This document shows positions 28,474 through 39,355 of a stretch of 64,000 nt of DNA, one piece after another. This DNA is from Candidatus Omnitrophota bacterium (GTDB taxonomy: Bacteria; Omnitrophota; Gorgyraeia; Gygaellales; Profunditerraquicolaceae). Position 1 is the first letter of the stretch, and the number at the start of each line of letters is the position of its first letter. The stretch is from positions 2,180 to 66,179 of the forward strand of contig JAQTQQ010000004.1 of the NCBI GenBank assembly GCA_028712175.1. Direction: 5' to 3'. Both the position numbers and the translations under genes were made by a program. The notes beneath the pieces are model-generated. The model ran no database searches and was not told the DNA's origin. It saw only the letters and a program-made list of their open reading frames with translations.

Positions 28474-29478
28474 TTAAGAATACTCCTTTAATAACTGAAG
28501 TTTTTTCAATGCCTGGGCTGAATCAATTGATTCTTTTGCAAGGATTAATCCTTCGCTGATTGTTTTAGCTTTATCTGCTGCATAAATTGCACCGGCAGCG
28601 TTGAATAAAACGATATCCCGTCTCGGGCCGCTTTTTCCTGCGAGCACCTCTTGAGCTATATTGACATTGTCGGCTACCGAACCTCCTAATAAATCCTCCG
28701 GTGAGGATGTCTTTAAACCAAACTCCTGCGGAGAAATATCATATTCTTTCAATACCCCATTATTCATCTCAACAACATATGTTTTGCCGGTAGTCGTTAT
28801 CTCATCAAGGCCATCTGAACCATGAACTACTAAAATATGTTTTGAACCTAAATTATATAATACTTGCGCAAGAGGCAAAGCCCATTCCTTAGAATACACG
28901 CCGATTAATTGATTAGTTGCCCGCGCAGGATTAATCAAGGGGCCCAAAATATTAAATATGGTCTTCTGGGCAATTTGCTTCCGGGCGGGCAGCACAAAAC
29001 GCATTGCCGGATGCAGGTTTGGAGCGAACAAAAAAGCAATCCCTATCTCCTGAAGGCATTTCTTAATTTTCTCCCTATCCATATTAATATTAACGCCCAA
29101 AGCCTCTAAGATATCAGCGCTGCCGCATTTACTCGATACTGAACGGTTACCGTGTTTGGCCACCGTAACCCCGGCACCGCTTGCTACAAAAGCGGTAATT
29201 GTCGAAATATTAAAGGAACCTTTCTTGTCCCCGCCGGTTCCGCAGGTATCTAAAATGTTTGGCCGGTCGACGACAATCGGCTCAACGTATTTAAGCATTA
29301 CGTTCACGGCCGCAGTTAATTCGGCGACAGTCTGCCCCTTATCGTTTAAAGAAGTTAAAAAAGCAACAATATCCGCGGTATCAACATGCCCGCTTAAAAT
29401 CTCCCGCATTACCTGCTGCATTTGAAGATCAGTTAAATCTTTTTTATTAGCCAACTGGGCGATTAGGTCCTTGATCAT
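28474..29478 (-). CDS. trpD: Anthranilate phosphoribosyltransferase
   Basis: 334 aa with the GTGGD motif. Confidence 0.9.
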   Translation of the reverse strand: MIKDLIAQLANKKDLTDLQMQQVMREILSGHVDTADIVAFLTSLNDKGQTVAELTAAVNVMLKYVEPIVVDRPNILDTCGTGGDKKGSFNISTITAFVASGAGVTVAKHGNRSVSSKCGSADILEALGVNINMDREKIKKCLQEIGIAFLFAPNLHPAMRFVLPARKQIAQKTIFNILGPLINPARATNQLIGVYSKEWALPLAQVLYNLGSKHILVVHGSDGLDEITTTGKTYVVEMNNGVLKEYDISPQEFGLKTSSPEDLLGGSVADNVNIAQEVLAGKSGPRRDIVLFNAAGAIYAADKAKTISEGLILAKESIDSAQALKKLQLLKEYS

Positions 29479-30041
29479 TTTATTTGAATGAAATTATCTA
29501 AAATCTGTTTCCCGCTTTTAGTAAGTATTGATTCAGGATGAAACTGCACTCCCCAAATAGGATACTCTTTATGTTTTAACCCCATAATTTCATTTTCATC
29601 AGTGTAGGCGGTTATCTCAAGAGATGAAGGCAGGCTTTTTTTGTCCACTAATAACGAGTGGTAACGCGTAGCCAGAAATGGACTCGGAATATTTTTAAAG
29701 ATGTCTTTCTTATTATGATAAATCTTGGAGGTTTTTCCATGCATTAGCTTTTTTGCCTGAATGATTTTGGCTCCGAAATAATAACCTATTGCCTGATGCC
29801 CCAAACAAACCCCTAAAATAGGGATTTTCCCGAGAAAGCTGCCTATGACTTCACATGAGATACCGGCGTCTTCCGGCCTACCCGGGCCCGGAGATATAAC
29901 AATTTTTTCCGGATCAAGTTTTTTAATATCCCCGACAGTCAACGCATCATTGCGGTAGACCAGAATCTTCTCCCCTAATTCTCCCAAATACTGCACAAGG
30001 TTATAGGTGAATGAGTCGTAGTTATCAATCATTAATATCAT
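29475..30041 (-). CDS. trpG: Anthranilate synthase component II / glutamine amidotransferase (TrpG/PabA type)
   Basis: 188 aa class I GATase with catalytic Cys (GVCLGHQ) and His. Confidence 0.85.
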   Translation of the reverse strand: MILMIDNYDSFTYNLVQYLGELGEKILVYRNDALTVGDIKKLDPEKIVISPGPGRPEDAGISCEVIGSFLGKIPILGVCLGHQAIGYYFGAKIIQAKKLMHGKTSKIYHNKKDIFKNIPSPFLATRYHSLLVDKKSLPSSLEITAYTDENEIMGLKHKEYPIWGVQFHPESILTKSGKQILDNFIQIK

Positions 30042-30060
30042 TTAAATCTCCCCAAAGAAT

Positions 30061-30150
30061 GGCCGATAGACTATGGACCATAGTCGATAAAACCAGTTCC
30101 TAACTCTTGACTCGCAGCCCGTAGGAAAACCTACGAACTAAGAACTTATT
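30061..30150. repeat. Modular intergenic palindromic repeat, copy C (GACTATGG-a-CCATAGTC module, hairpin, and CGAACTA heptads abutting the murA stop)
   Basis: ggccgatagactatggaccatagtcgataaaacc is a homolog of the copy B insert. It is followed by the cgtaggaaaacctacg hairpin and the heptads acgaact/aagaact, which end at the murA stop codon. Confidence 0.65.
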
Positions 30151-31408
30151 CTTTTTCTCTCCACACCTTCGCGCCTAAGTTAATTAATTTATCCTCGATA
30201 AACTCATAACCGCGCTCTAAATGATAAATCCTTGAAATAGAAGTTTTGCCGCGTGCGGCTAGGCCGGCTAAAACTAAACCTGCTGAGGCACGCAAATCGC
30301 TTGCCATAACCGGAGCACCGCTTAAATTCCTCACCCCTTCTACTATTGCATGCGGCCCCTCTCTTTGAATATGGGCCCCCATACGGTTAAGCTCGGACAC
30401 ATGCATAAACCTGTCGGGATAGATTTTCTCGGTGATCACACTTATGCCTTCGGCAACCGACATCAGGCTCATTATCTGCGCCTGCATATCCGTAGGGAAT
30501 CCCGGATAGGGAAGCGTAGTAATATTAATCGCCTTTAGCCTTTTATTACCCTTAACACGCAAAGATCCCTCGCTGCGCTTAATGTGGGCGCCGGCTTCAT
30601 CTAATTTGTCAAGTAAAGCACCCAAATGTTGATATTGGATATTTTTAATTAAGACATCCCCCGCGGTGATTAGCGCGGCTAAAATCAATGTGCCTGCTTC
30701 AATGCGGTCAGAAATTATCGAATGCATTGCGCCGTGCAAATGCTTCACGCCTTCGATTTCAATTACCGGAGTGCCATGACCTTTAATCTTAGCGCCCATC
30801 TTAATCAAAAATTCCGCTAAATCCACCACTTCCGGCTCACAAGCCGCAGACTCTATTACGGTCTTGCCGTTAGCTAAAACCGCAGCCATCATGACATTAT
30901 CAGTAGCTAAGACCGAAGAACCATAAACCCCGCCTAAATAGATATAGGCGCCGCGCAATTTATTAGCTTTAGCCACCACATAACCCGAATCAATGCTAAT
31001 ATCGGCACCCAAGGCCTTGATGCCTTTTAAATGCAGGTCAACGGGGCGCACTCCGATGATGCATCCTCCTGGGAGAGAAACTTTTGCTTTTTTTAATTTA
31101 CCTAAAAGCGGCCCCAAAACACAGAATGAAGCGCGCATAGTAGAAACCAGTTTGTATTCGGCAATGTAATTTTCCGCTTTGCCCGAACAAATACTAACCC
31201 TGCCTTTGTCAAACTCGGCAATTTTACCCAATGAGCGCAAAATTTTAAGCATACTATTAGTATCCCGCAGGCATGGCACGCCCTTAATAACGCATGGCTC
31301 ATTAGTAAGCAGGGTTGCTGCCAGTATCGGTAACACTGCATTCTTTGCCCCGGAGGCCGTAACCTCTCCCTGTAATCTTGCCCCGCCTTCAATAATTAAT
31401 TTATCCAT
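30146..31408 (-). CDS. murA: UDP-N-acetylglucosamine 1-carboxyvinyltransferase
   Basis: 420 aa EPT fold with a conserved active-site Cys region. Confidence 0.95.
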   Translation of the reverse strand: MDKLIIEGGARLQGEVTASGAKNAVLPILAATLLTNEPCVIKGVPCLRDTNSMLKILRSLGKIAEFDKGRVSICSGKAENYIAEYKLVSTMRASFCVLGPLLGKLKKAKVSLPGGCIIGVRPVDLHLKGIKALGADISIDSGYVVAKANKLRGAYIYLGGVYGSSVLATDNVMMAAVLANGKTVIESAACEPEVVDLAEFLIKMGAKIKGHGTPVIEIEGVKHLHGAMHSIISDRIEAGTLILAALITAGDVLIKNIQYQHLGALLDKLDEAGAHIKRSEGSLRVKGNKRLKAINITTLPYPGFPTDMQAQIMSLMSVAEGISVITEKIYPDRFMHVSELNRMGAHIQREGPHAIVEGVRNLSGAPVMASDLRASAGLVLAGLAARGKTSISRIYHLERGYEFIEDKLINLGAKVWREKE

Positions 31409-31409
31409 A

Positions 31410-32198
31410 TCAAGAAATCCTTTTTTTACCTGTTACGACCCGCTCAATATTATTATAATCATTAATTACCCTTATATCATGAAAATTCTCCTTTAAAAGC
31501 ATGGAGCTAACCGGGCCAGACTGCATAATCCCCACCTCAAAGGCTAAAAGCCCGTTATCATGCAAATAAACCGGAGCCTCAATAACTATTCGGCGGTAAA
31601 AATCCAATCCATCGATTCCCGCTTCTAAGGCCTGAACCGGTTCAAAGGATATTTCTTTGGCTAAAGCACTAAGTTGATTAACTGGAATATAAGGCGGATT
31701 ACTGATGATTAAATCAAATTTCTCTTCCGAACCCTTTAAAACACTGAAAATATCCGTATTCAAAAATTTAATATCCACATTATTAAAGCGGGCATTTTCT
31801 CTGGCTAGCTGCAAAGCTTGTTTCGATATGTCAGTCGCCCATACGATTGATTGCGGTAATGCTTTAGCTATTGCCACAGCAATACAACCTGAACCTGTTC
31901 CCAGGTCAAGGACCTTCGGGCAAGCAGTATTCATTGTTTTTAATTCCTCTATCGCTGCTTGAACCAGGATTTCCGTTTCCGCACGGGGGATCAACGCGCG
32001 CCTGTCAACCTTAAACTCATAACCCATAAAATTACTCGAGCCCAGGATATATTGCAGCGGCTCACCGGCAATCCTGCGCTTTAATATTTTAGAGATTAAA
32101 ACAGACCGATATTTGCCTAAAGTGGAATCTTTATTTATATACAGAGACAATCTGTCGCAATTTAAAACATGAGTCAATACTAATTCGGCCTCATTCAT
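31410..32198 (-). CDS. prmC: Release factor glutamine N5-methyltransferase PrmC (HemK)
   Basis: Has an NPPY motif and an SAM-binding LDLGTGSG motif, and sits downstream of prfA. Confidence 0.88.
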   Translation of the reverse strand: MNEAELVLTHVLNCDRLSLYINKDSTLGKYRSVLISKILKRRIAGEPLQYILGSSNFMGYEFKVDRRALIPRAETEILVQAAIEELKTMNTACPKVLDLGTGSGCIAVAIAKALPQSIVWATDISKQALQLARENARFNNVDIKFLNTDIFSVLKGSEEKFDLIISNPPYIPVNQLSALAKEISFEPVQALEAGIDGLDFYRRIVIEAPVYLHDNGLLAFEVGIMQSGPVSSMLLKENFHDIRVINDYNNIERVVTGKKRIS

Positions 32199-33258
32199 TC
32201 ATTTGGCCCCTCTTATCTGATTCTGCCTTTAACAGGGCCTCGAAAAGCTCCTCCATCTGCCCCTCAAGAATTGCCTCTAACTGATGCGAAGTAAAATTAA
32301 TCCTATGGTCAGTAACCCTGCGGTCAGGAAAATTATAAGTACGGATTTTTTCGCTCCTGTCGCCGGTACCGATCTGGATCTTTCTGGCGCTGGATTGTTT
32401 TCTTACCTCTGCCTCGATTTTTGCTTCTAAAATACGCGCGCGCAAAACCCTCATTGCCTTGGCCCTATTCTTGATCTGCGAACGTTCATCCTGGCAGGCA
32501 ACCACTGTTCCGGTTGGTATATGCGTTATCCTGACCGCTGAATCGGTTTTCTGCATATGCTGCCCTCCGGGCCCGCTTGAACGGTAAGTATCAATCCTCA
32601 AATCCTTCGGTTCAATAATCAAATCGACCTCTTCCGGCTCTACCAATACCGCAACCGTCGCCGTAGAAGTATGGATTCTTCCCTGCGCTTCAGTTGCCGG
32701 AACCCTTTGCACGCGGTGTACTCCGCTTTCAAATTTAAGCAAGCGGAAGGAATCTTTGCCTTTTACGCCAAAAACAATTTCTTTAATACCCCCGGCTTCA
32801 TTGACGCTGCTTGACATAGGTTCAATCACCCAACCCTTTGCCGCTGCAAATTTTGAATACATCCGGTAAAGATCGGCCGCGAATAGGCCTGCCTCATCTC
32901 CACCCGTACCTTGCCTGATTTCGATAATACAATTACGGCCGGCATCCTTATCCTCGCCAGCCATTATTTTTCTCAACTTTAGTTCAATCTCTGTCTTTTT
33001 TGCTTCCAGATCCTTAAATTCCTCTTCTGCTAACTCGAGGAACTCCTTGTCATCTTTTTCGCCTGGCGCTATCTCAAGATCCTTTGCCTGCTTAACCAAG
33101 TTCTTATACTCAGCCAACAGCATAACGGTCTCTTTAATATCAGAAAGCTCCTTAGCCAGCTTATTATACTGATCCCTATCGGCAATCTGTTCATGGCTGG
33201 CCAAAAGATGCTCAAGCTCTGCATAACGCGCAACTAGTTTCTCTAATTGTTCAAACAT
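32191..33258 (-). CDS. prfA: Peptide chain release factor 1
   Basis: 355 aa with GGQ and PxT-type motifs. Confidence 0.95.
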   Translation of the reverse strand: MFEQLEKLVARYAELEHLLASHEQIADRDQYNKLAKELSDIKETVMLLAEYKNLVKQAKDLEIAPGEKDDKEFLELAEEEFKDLEAKKTEIELKLRKIMAGEDKDAGRNCIIEIRQGTGGDEAGLFAADLYRMYSKFAAAKGWVIEPMSSSVNEAGGIKEIVFGVKGKDSFRLLKFESGVHRVQRVPATEAQGRIHTSTATVAVLVEPEEVDLIIEPKDLRIDTYRSSGPGGQHMQKTDSAVRITHIPTGTVVACQDERSQIKNRAKAMRVLRARILEAKIEAEVRKQSSARKIQIGTGDRSEKIRTYNFPDRRVTDHRINFTSHQLEAILEGQMEELFEALLKAESDKRGQMNE

Positions 33259-33303
33259 ATCAGTTAGTTTGATTCAACCTTATCCTAAATCTTAAAATTG
33301 GCT

Positions 33304-33507
33304 TTACTTATTTTTCCCATATTTCTTCATGAACTTATCCACGCGTCCGGCAGAATCTACCAACTTCTGCTTTCCGGTAAAAAACGGATGGCATTTCGAA
33401 CAAATTTCAACGCGGATACTTGGCTTAGTCGACCGGGTATGCACTGTCTCACCGCAAGCGCAGACAATCGTGCTCTCTTTGTAATTAGGATGAACTTTGT
33501 CTTTCAT
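33304..33507 (-). CDS. rpmE: 50S ribosomal protein L31 (Zn-ribbon C+ form)
   Basis: MKDKVHPNY...CxCG...CSKCHPF. The start was set at the ATG that has AAGGAG 8 nt upstream. The ORF track's GTG at 33516 would add only 3 aa. Confidence 0.85.
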   Translation of the reverse strand: MKDKVHPNYKESTIVCACGETVHTRSTKPSIRVEICSKCHPFFTGKQKLVDSAGRVDKFMKKYGKNK

Positions 33508-33525
33508 TTTACTCACTCCTTTTTA

Positions 33526-34785
33526 TTATTTCTGGTTCATACTGTTTAAGAATTCTTCGTTATTCTTGGTTTTACTTAATTTTTCGATCAATAGCTCCAT
33601 CGCCTCTACGTTATTTAATTCGTTCAATACTTTCCTTAAGATCCATGTCTTCTGCAGCACATCCGGTTTAACTAAAAGTTCTTCGTGGCGGGTATTAGAA
33701 CGCTTAATATCTATTGCCGGATATATTCTGCGTTGGAAGAGATTGCGGTCAAGCTGAGTTTCCATATTTCCCGTACCCTTAAACTCTTCGAAGATAACTT
33801 CATCCATGCGGCTTCCGGTATCGACTAACGCCGTTGCGATGATTGTCAGGCTTCCGCCTTCATCTACGGCGCGCGCCGCGCCAAAAAACCTTTTTGGTTT
33901 CTGGAGGGCGTTAGAATCAATGCCGCCCGAAAGTACTTTGCCGCTATGGGGCACGACCGAGTTATAGGCGCGGGCAAGGCGGGTTATACTATCCAAAAGA
34001 ACAACTACATCGCGTTTATGCTCAACCAGGCGCTTTGCTTTTTCTAAAACTATCTCAGCAACCTGAACATGGCGTTCCGGCGGCTCATCAAAAGTAGAGG
34101 AGATTACCTCTCCCTTAACATTGCGCTGCATATCCGTAACTTCCTCCGGGCGCTCATCAATAAGCAAAACGATAAGAATTACATCCGGATTATTGGTAGT
34201 AATGGCGTTAGCAATCTTCTGCAATAGAACTGTTTTTCCACTATAGGGCTGAGCAACAATTAAACCGCGCTGCCCCCGGCCGATAGGAGTTAACAAGCTC
34301 ATAATGCGCATAGATATCTCATCGGGCTTTGTTTCCATATTAAACGCCGCGCGGGGATAAACCGGAGTAAGGTTATCAAAAAGGACTTTTTCTTTTACCT
34401 CCTCGGGATTTTCAAAGTTCACCGCCTCAACCTTAAGCAAAGCAAAATATTTTTCACCCTCTTTGGGCGGACGGATCTGCCCGCTCACTGTATCTCCCGT
34501 ACGCAATTCAAACTTTCTAATCTGCGAGGGTGAAATATAAATATCATCAGGGCAAGGTAAATAATTATAATTCGGGCTTCTTAGAAAACCAAAACCTTCG
34601 GGGAGTATTTCAAGCACACCTTCACCGAACATCAGCCCTTCTTTTTCTGCCTGAGCCTGAAGTATTTTAAAAATCAGGTCCTGTTTCTTTAAGCCGCTTG
34701 TACCGTTTGCATTTAACTCTCTGGCAAGCTTGTTTAATTCGCTGATCTTCATGTCTTTAAGATTCTTAATATCTAACTTTTCCAC
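33526..34785 (-). CDS. rho: Transcription termination factor Rho
   Basis: 419 aa with an N-terminal OB/RNA-binding domain and a RecA-like ATPase domain containing a Walker A motif. Confidence 0.95.
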   Translation of the reverse strand: MEKLDIKNLKDMKISELNKLARELNANGTSGLKKQDLIFKILQAQAEKEGLMFGEGVLEILPEGFGFLRSPNYNYLPCPDDIYISPSQIRKFELRTGDTVSGQIRPPKEGEKYFALLKVEAVNFENPEEVKEKVLFDNLTPVYPRAAFNMETKPDEISMRIMSLLTPIGRGQRGLIVAQPYSGKTVLLQKIANAITTNNPDVILIVLLIDERPEEVTDMQRNVKGEVISSTFDEPPERHVQVAEIVLEKAKRLVEHKRDVVVLLDSITRLARAYNSVVPHSGKVLSGGIDSNALQKPKRFFGAARAVDEGGSLTIIATALVDTGSRMDEVIFEEFKGTGNMETQLDRNLFQRRIYPAIDIKRSNTRHEELLVKPDVLQKTWILRKVLNELNNVEAMELLIEKLSKTKNNEEFLNSMNQK

Positions 34786-35381
34786 AACTTCCTCCTTATT
34801 TCGGAAACCTGTTTTTCGGTTTTTCTGATTTGTCCGCTATTATCTATAATAAAATCCGCAAAACGTAATTTTTCCTTTTGCGAAATCTGGGATTTCATCC
34901 TCATCACAATATCTTCCTTTCTAAACACCCCTCTCTGCATGAGGCGCTGGATCTGCTGTTGCCTTTGGGTTGTAACTACAACTAATTTATCGACTATTTT
35001 TCTTAAACCCGCCTCAATAATTAAGGCCGCGTCTAAAACTATTATTTTCTTATCTGATTTCTTAATAAGCCGTTTAATTTCCTTGATTAACGCAGGATGG
35101 ATTATTTTATTAAGCCTGTTTAACGCTGAACTGTCGGCAAAAACTATTCTTCCCAATTTCTTCCGATCTATACGTTTATCAGGCTTAAGAATTCCCTCTC
35201 CAAAAGCCGCTTTGACCTTTTCATAAATTCTCCTGTTTTTCGCCAAAAACATGCGGGCAATTACATCAGCATCGATTAAAAGGGAATCCCTTGTTTTAAA
35301 CATCTTAGAGACCGTACTTTTACCGCAGGCAATATTGCCGGTAATCCCCAAAACAAATTTAGCGCGCCCTTGCTTTTGCAT
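34773..35381 (-). CDS. coaE: Dephospho-CoA kinase
   Basis: Walker A motif [12 protein letters not shown]. Confidence 0.85.
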   Translation of the reverse strand: MQKQGRAKFVLGITGNIACGKSTVSKMFKTRDSLLIDADVIARMFLAKNRRIYEKVKAAFGEGILKPDKRIDRKKLGRIVFADSSALNRLNKIIHPALIKEIKRLIKKSDKKIIVLDAALIIEAGLRKIVDKLVVVTTQRQQQIQRLMQRGVFRKEDIVMRMKSQISQKEKLRFADFIIDNSGQIRKTEKQVSEIRRKLWKS

Positions 35382-36747
35382 ATAGTTTAATATATTTACC
35401 GGCAGAAATACTCCAGGAGAAATTACAATTCATGGCATTGGTCATAAGGCAAGCCCATTTGGCCTTATTTTTAAAAACTAACAGGGCATGGTCAAGGGCC
35501 CTCAATAGCCCATCTTTGGAATAATCGGAGAAAAGAAAACCGTTTTTCGCATTTATAGTATCATTCAGGCCTCCGGTCTTAAAAACCAGAGGTATAGTGC
35601 CGTAACGCAAACTTATTAATTGCCCGAGCCCGCAAGGCTCATATTTGGACGGCATAAGAAAAATATCGCTTCCGGCATAGATCTTGTGCGCCAGAGGATC
35701 GTCAAACTTTAAATTTAAAGAAATAACCCCGGGGTATTTCTCGGATGCGTTTTTTAGAATCTGATGGTATTTTAAATCTCCAGTCCCTAAAATGACCAAC
35801 TGCAATCCCATCTTGCAAAGCTTGCTTAGGGCTTCAGCAAGAACATCAAAACCCTTCTGCTCGGCTAAGCGCGAAACGATACCTAAAACAGGGATATCTT
35901 TATTCAACGGCAACCCGCACCTTTTTTGTAAATCCTCTTTATTAAAAACCTTGCTTTCTAAAGTCTCCGCGGAAAAATTCTGAATAATAAATTTATCCAC
36001 CATAGGATCCCAAACAGAATAATCCAGCCCGTTTAGTATTCCACTTAAAACCTCTTTTCGCTCCCTTAAAAGGCCGTCTAAACCAAAACCAAAATCCTTG
36101 GTCTGTATCTCTTTGGCATAAGTAGGGCTTACGGTGTTAATAAAATCTGAAAAGATTATCCCGCCTTTAAGCAGATTAACCTTACCGTAGAATTCAAGAC
36201 CGTTAATACCGAATAAATCCCAGCTAAGACCAAGCTTGGCAAATTTTTCCTTCTCAAAAATACCCTGGTATCCGGTATTATGGATAGTCAAAACACATTT
36301 CATTCTGCTGTAAAAACCTTTAGCCGCATAGATGTTCTTTAAATAAACGGGAATGAGGCTTGCCTGCCAGTCATGCAGGTGCAGAATATCGGCAGGATAA
36401 TTGATTTCTTTCAATAGGTCAAGGGCCCTGCGGCAAAAAAATGAAAATCGTTCCAAGTTATCTTTGTAATCTCCATTCTTATCCCCGTATAAACCATCAC
36501 GGGCAAAATATGAGCTGTTTTCTATAAAATAGACCTTGAGATCCTTTCCGATAACTGAAAACGATATATCTTCAGAAACCCTGTTAATCTTAAATTTGGA
36601 ATCCGTGACACATTTATAGCGCGGCATAATAACAATTACCTCTTGGCCGCAATATTGAAGCGCTAAAGGCAGAGCGCCAACCACATCCGCAAGCCCTCCT
36701 GTTTTTGCAAAAGGCAAGACTTCAGAAGCCAGCACAGCTATCTTCAT
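35359..36747 (-). CDS. glgA: Glycogen synthase (ADP-glucose type, GT5)
   Basis: MKIAVLASEVLPFAKTGGLADVV..., the KTGGL motif typical of GlgA. Confidence 0.9.
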   Translation of the reverse strand: MKIAVLASEVLPFAKTGGLADVVGALPLALQYCGQEVIVIMPRYKCVTDSKFKINRVSEDISFSVIGKDLKVYFIENSSYFARDGLYGDKNGDYKDNLERFSFFCRRALDLLKEINYPADILHLHDWQASLIPVYLKNIYAAKGFYSRMKCVLTIHNTGYQGIFEKEKFAKLGLSWDLFGINGLEFYGKVNLLKGGIIFSDFINTVSPTYAKEIQTKDFGFGLDGLLRERKEVLSGILNGLDYSVWDPMVDKFIIQNFSAETLESKVFNKEDLQKRCGLPLNKDIPVLGIVSRLAEQKGFDVLAEALSKLCKMGLQLVILGTGDLKYHQILKNASEKYPGVISLNLKFDDPLAHKIYAGSDIFLMPSKYEPCGLGQLISLRYGTIPLVFKTGGLNDTINAKNGFLFSDYSKDGLLRALDHALLVFKNKAKWACLMTNAMNCNFSWSISAGKYIKLYAKARAR

Positions 36748-39302
36748 TGTCCAACCTCCTTAGGAGTTAAACTTGACATCTTAAGCCAATTAGGGCCTTT
36801 TTTTATATCTATCTTTATCGGGACATCAAACTTTACAACATTCTCCATTCTGTCTTTTACCAAAGAACAGAGCACATTCAATTCATCCGATGGTAAATCA
36901 AAAACCAGCTCATCATGGATCTGTAAAATCATTTTAGCTTTTAAGCCTTTTATCTTAATCCCTGCGGATATATTAATCATCGCCAATTTAATCAAATCGC
37001 TGGCTGTGCCCTGAATGGGAGTATTTACCGCCTGACGCTCGGCAAATTGCCTAATTCCAATATTTTTATTATTAATCTCCGGGATATACCTTCTCCTTCC
37101 CAGGAGAGTAGTAACAAAACCTTGCTCTTGGGCCTTTTTAATCTGCGAATCGATATATTCTTTTACCTTGGGGTAACGCAGGAAATATGCATCGATAAAA
37201 TCCTGGGCTTGATTTACAGAAATACCCAAATCTTTGCTTAAACCGTATGCGCTCTGGCCGTAAATAATCCCGAAATTTACCCTTTTAGCTACTTCGCGCA
37301 TATCATCATTAACCTCTCTCTCGGTAATATTATAAATTAAAGAAGCGGTCAAGCGGTGCACATCCTGATCAAGGCTAAACGCTTTAACCAGCGTATTATC
37401 CCCTGATAAATGCGCAAGCACCCTTAATTCTATTTGAGAATAATCGCAGGACAATAGACAGCTATCCTTGTCCGATGCAATAATCGCCTGCCTAATTTTA
37501 CTGCCGATATCGGTTTTAACGGGAATATTCTGCAGATTAGGATTACTTGAGCTAAGCCGGCCTGTTTCGGTTCCCGTCTGGTTGAAAGATGTATGCACTC
37601 TTTGGGTCTTCTGGTCCGCTAATTTAGGCAAAGCATCGACATAAGTATTCTTTAATTTGGTCAGCTGCCTGTATTCCAATAAAAAAGCGGGGAGCGCATG
37701 CCTATCCTGCAGGCGCTTTAATACTTCTTCATCCGTAGATGGGCCGGTCTTAGTCTTCTTAATTACAGGCAACTTAAGCTTTTCGAATAAAACACTCCCT
37801 AGCTGTTTCGGAGAATTGATATTAAACTGCGTATCGGCTGCTTCATAAATATCCGAAACTAATTTTATTAACCTCTTTTCTATCTCGCCCGAAAGCTCTT
37901 TAAGAAAAACCAAATCCAGTTTTATTCCGTCGATCTCCATCTGAGCCAATATGCTAACCAAAGGCATCTCAAGCTCGGTAAATAATTTAATTAGCCCCTT
38001 TTCCAGCAAGGCTGCATTTAATACGGGTTTTAATTTAAGCACAAGGGCCAAGGTATCCAAGGTGTTCAATGAACCTTCCCGGATAAAATCGCCTAAGTTC
38101 TCCAATGCCAGATCCACAGGCGAATAACTTGCCCGCGATGGATTTAATAAATAGGCTGCGATCATAGTATCAAAATCCGCACCATTTAATTCCAGGCCTT
38201 CCTTAAAAAGCAAAACCTTTAATTTCTTAAGGTCGTGTCCGGTTTTCTTTATTTTTTCATCAGCGATAACAGTTTTTATGCATTCTTTGGCGGATTGAGC
38301 ATTAAAGATTTTACCTTCGATCGCAAAATAAAGTTCATTAACACCCGAACCGAAAATAGCGATCTCTTCAGCATGATTCATTAAATTTTTCAACTCCGTT
38401 TGGCTGCAATAAAACAAATTGGCCTTAATATCTTTATCATCTGAAGTACCAAGATCGCCTAATAGCTTTTTAAATTCTAACCTTTTAAATATCTTTGATA
38501 ACCCCGCTATATCCGGCGTGCCAACCTTAGCCTCTTTCAAATTAAGCTCTATCCCTACTTCTTGATTTAGGCTGATAAGCTCTTTGTTCAATCTTATCCG
38601 CTCAAGATTATCGGATATCGACTCTCTTATTCTCTCAGGTACAACCTTTGCGATATTTTCCATTAATTTTTCCAAAGAGCCGAATTCAATGATAAGCTTT
38701 TTCGCTGTTTTATCTCCTATGCCGGGCACTCCCGGAATATTATCCGCATCATCACCCATAAGAGCAATAATGTCCGGCACCCTTTCAGGAGAAACCCCAA
38801 AATACTCCCTAACTTTATCTAAATCGTAAAGCGTGCCCTCGTCCTTATAGGGATTAAAAACCGAGACATATTTATCCACTAATTGCAGAATATCTTTATC
38901 GCTGCTTACTATTGTCACGGGGATCTTTTTTTTAGCGCCAGACCTGGAAAGCTGGGCGATTATATCATCAGCCTCAAAACCGGGCTTCTCGAAAATAGGT
39001 ATACCGTAGGCAGAAATAATCTCCTTAATTATAGGAATCTGGCTAACCAGACCGTCGGGCATGGCGCGCCTTTGCATCTTATATTGCGCAAGCTTTTCCT
39101 GCCGGAACGTCTTTCGCGAAACATCAAAACAACAGGCCAGATAATCCGGTTTTTTCTCTTTTAATATCTTATTAAGGATGTTGACAAACCCGTAGACCGC
39201 GTTTGTCTCCTGCCCACGGGATGTCCTTAAATCCTTTAAAGCATAGTAAGCCCGATAGCAAAATGCATTCGCGTCAATAAGGAATAAACTTTTCTCAGCC
39301 AT
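36744..39302 (-). CDS. polA: DNA polymerase I
   Basis: 852 aa with a 5'-3' exonuclease domain, an exonuclease-like middle domain, and a family A polymerase domain. Confidence 0.95.
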   Translation of the reverse strand: MAEKSLFLIDANAFCYRAYYALKDLRTSRGQETNAVYGFVNILNKILKEKKPDYLACCFDVSRKTFRQEKLAQYKMQRRAMPDGLVSQIPIIKEIISAYGIPIFEKPGFEADDIIAQLSRSGAKKKIPVTIVSSDKDILQLVDKYVSVFNPYKDEGTLYDLDKVREYFGVSPERVPDIIALMGDDADNIPGVPGIGDKTAKKLIIEFGSLEKLMENIAKVVPERIRESISDNLERIRLNKELISLNQEVGIELNLKEAKVGTPDIAGLSKIFKRLEFKKLLGDLGTSDDKDIKANLFYCSQTELKNLMNHAEEIAIFGSGVNELYFAIEGKIFNAQSAKECIKTVIADEKIKKTGHDLKKLKVLLFKEGLELNGADFDTMIAAYLLNPSRASYSPVDLALENLGDFIREGSLNTLDTLALVLKLKPVLNAALLEKGLIKLFTELEMPLVSILAQMEIDGIKLDLVFLKELSGEIEKRLIKLVSDIYEAADTQFNINSPKQLGSVLFEKLKLPVIKKTKTGPSTDEEVLKRLQDRHALPAFLLEYRQLTKLKNTYVDALPKLADQKTQRVHTSFNQTGTETGRLSSSNPNLQNIPVKTDIGSKIRQAIIASDKDSCLLSCDYSQIELRVLAHLSGDNTLVKAFSLDQDVHRLTASLIYNITEREVNDDMREVAKRVNFGIIYGQSAYGLSKDLGISVNQAQDFIDAYFLRYPKVKEYIDSQIKKAQEQGFVTTLLGRRRYIPEINNKNIGIRQFAERQAVNTPIQGTASDLIKLAMINISAGIKIKGLKAKMILQIHDELVFDLPSDELNVLCSLVKDRMENVVKFDVPIKIDIKKGPNWLKMSSLTPKEVGQ

Positions 39303-39355
39303 TAATCAACTATAAAAGGAATTCAATATAAGGAAAGATATTTTGCGGTACGCTT

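Noticed and set aside
30042-30145. T-box or attenuator leader upstream of trpG
   Set aside because: The spacer is only 104 bp and is fully occupied by repeat copy C. No specifier loop or T-box consensus was found.
31102-31392. 96-aa alternative-frame ORF inside murA (and similar ones at 60710-61000 in cpaF2 and 14353-14598 in plsC)
   Set aside because: Same-strand out-of-frame ORFs within conserved enzymes, with no independent evidence.
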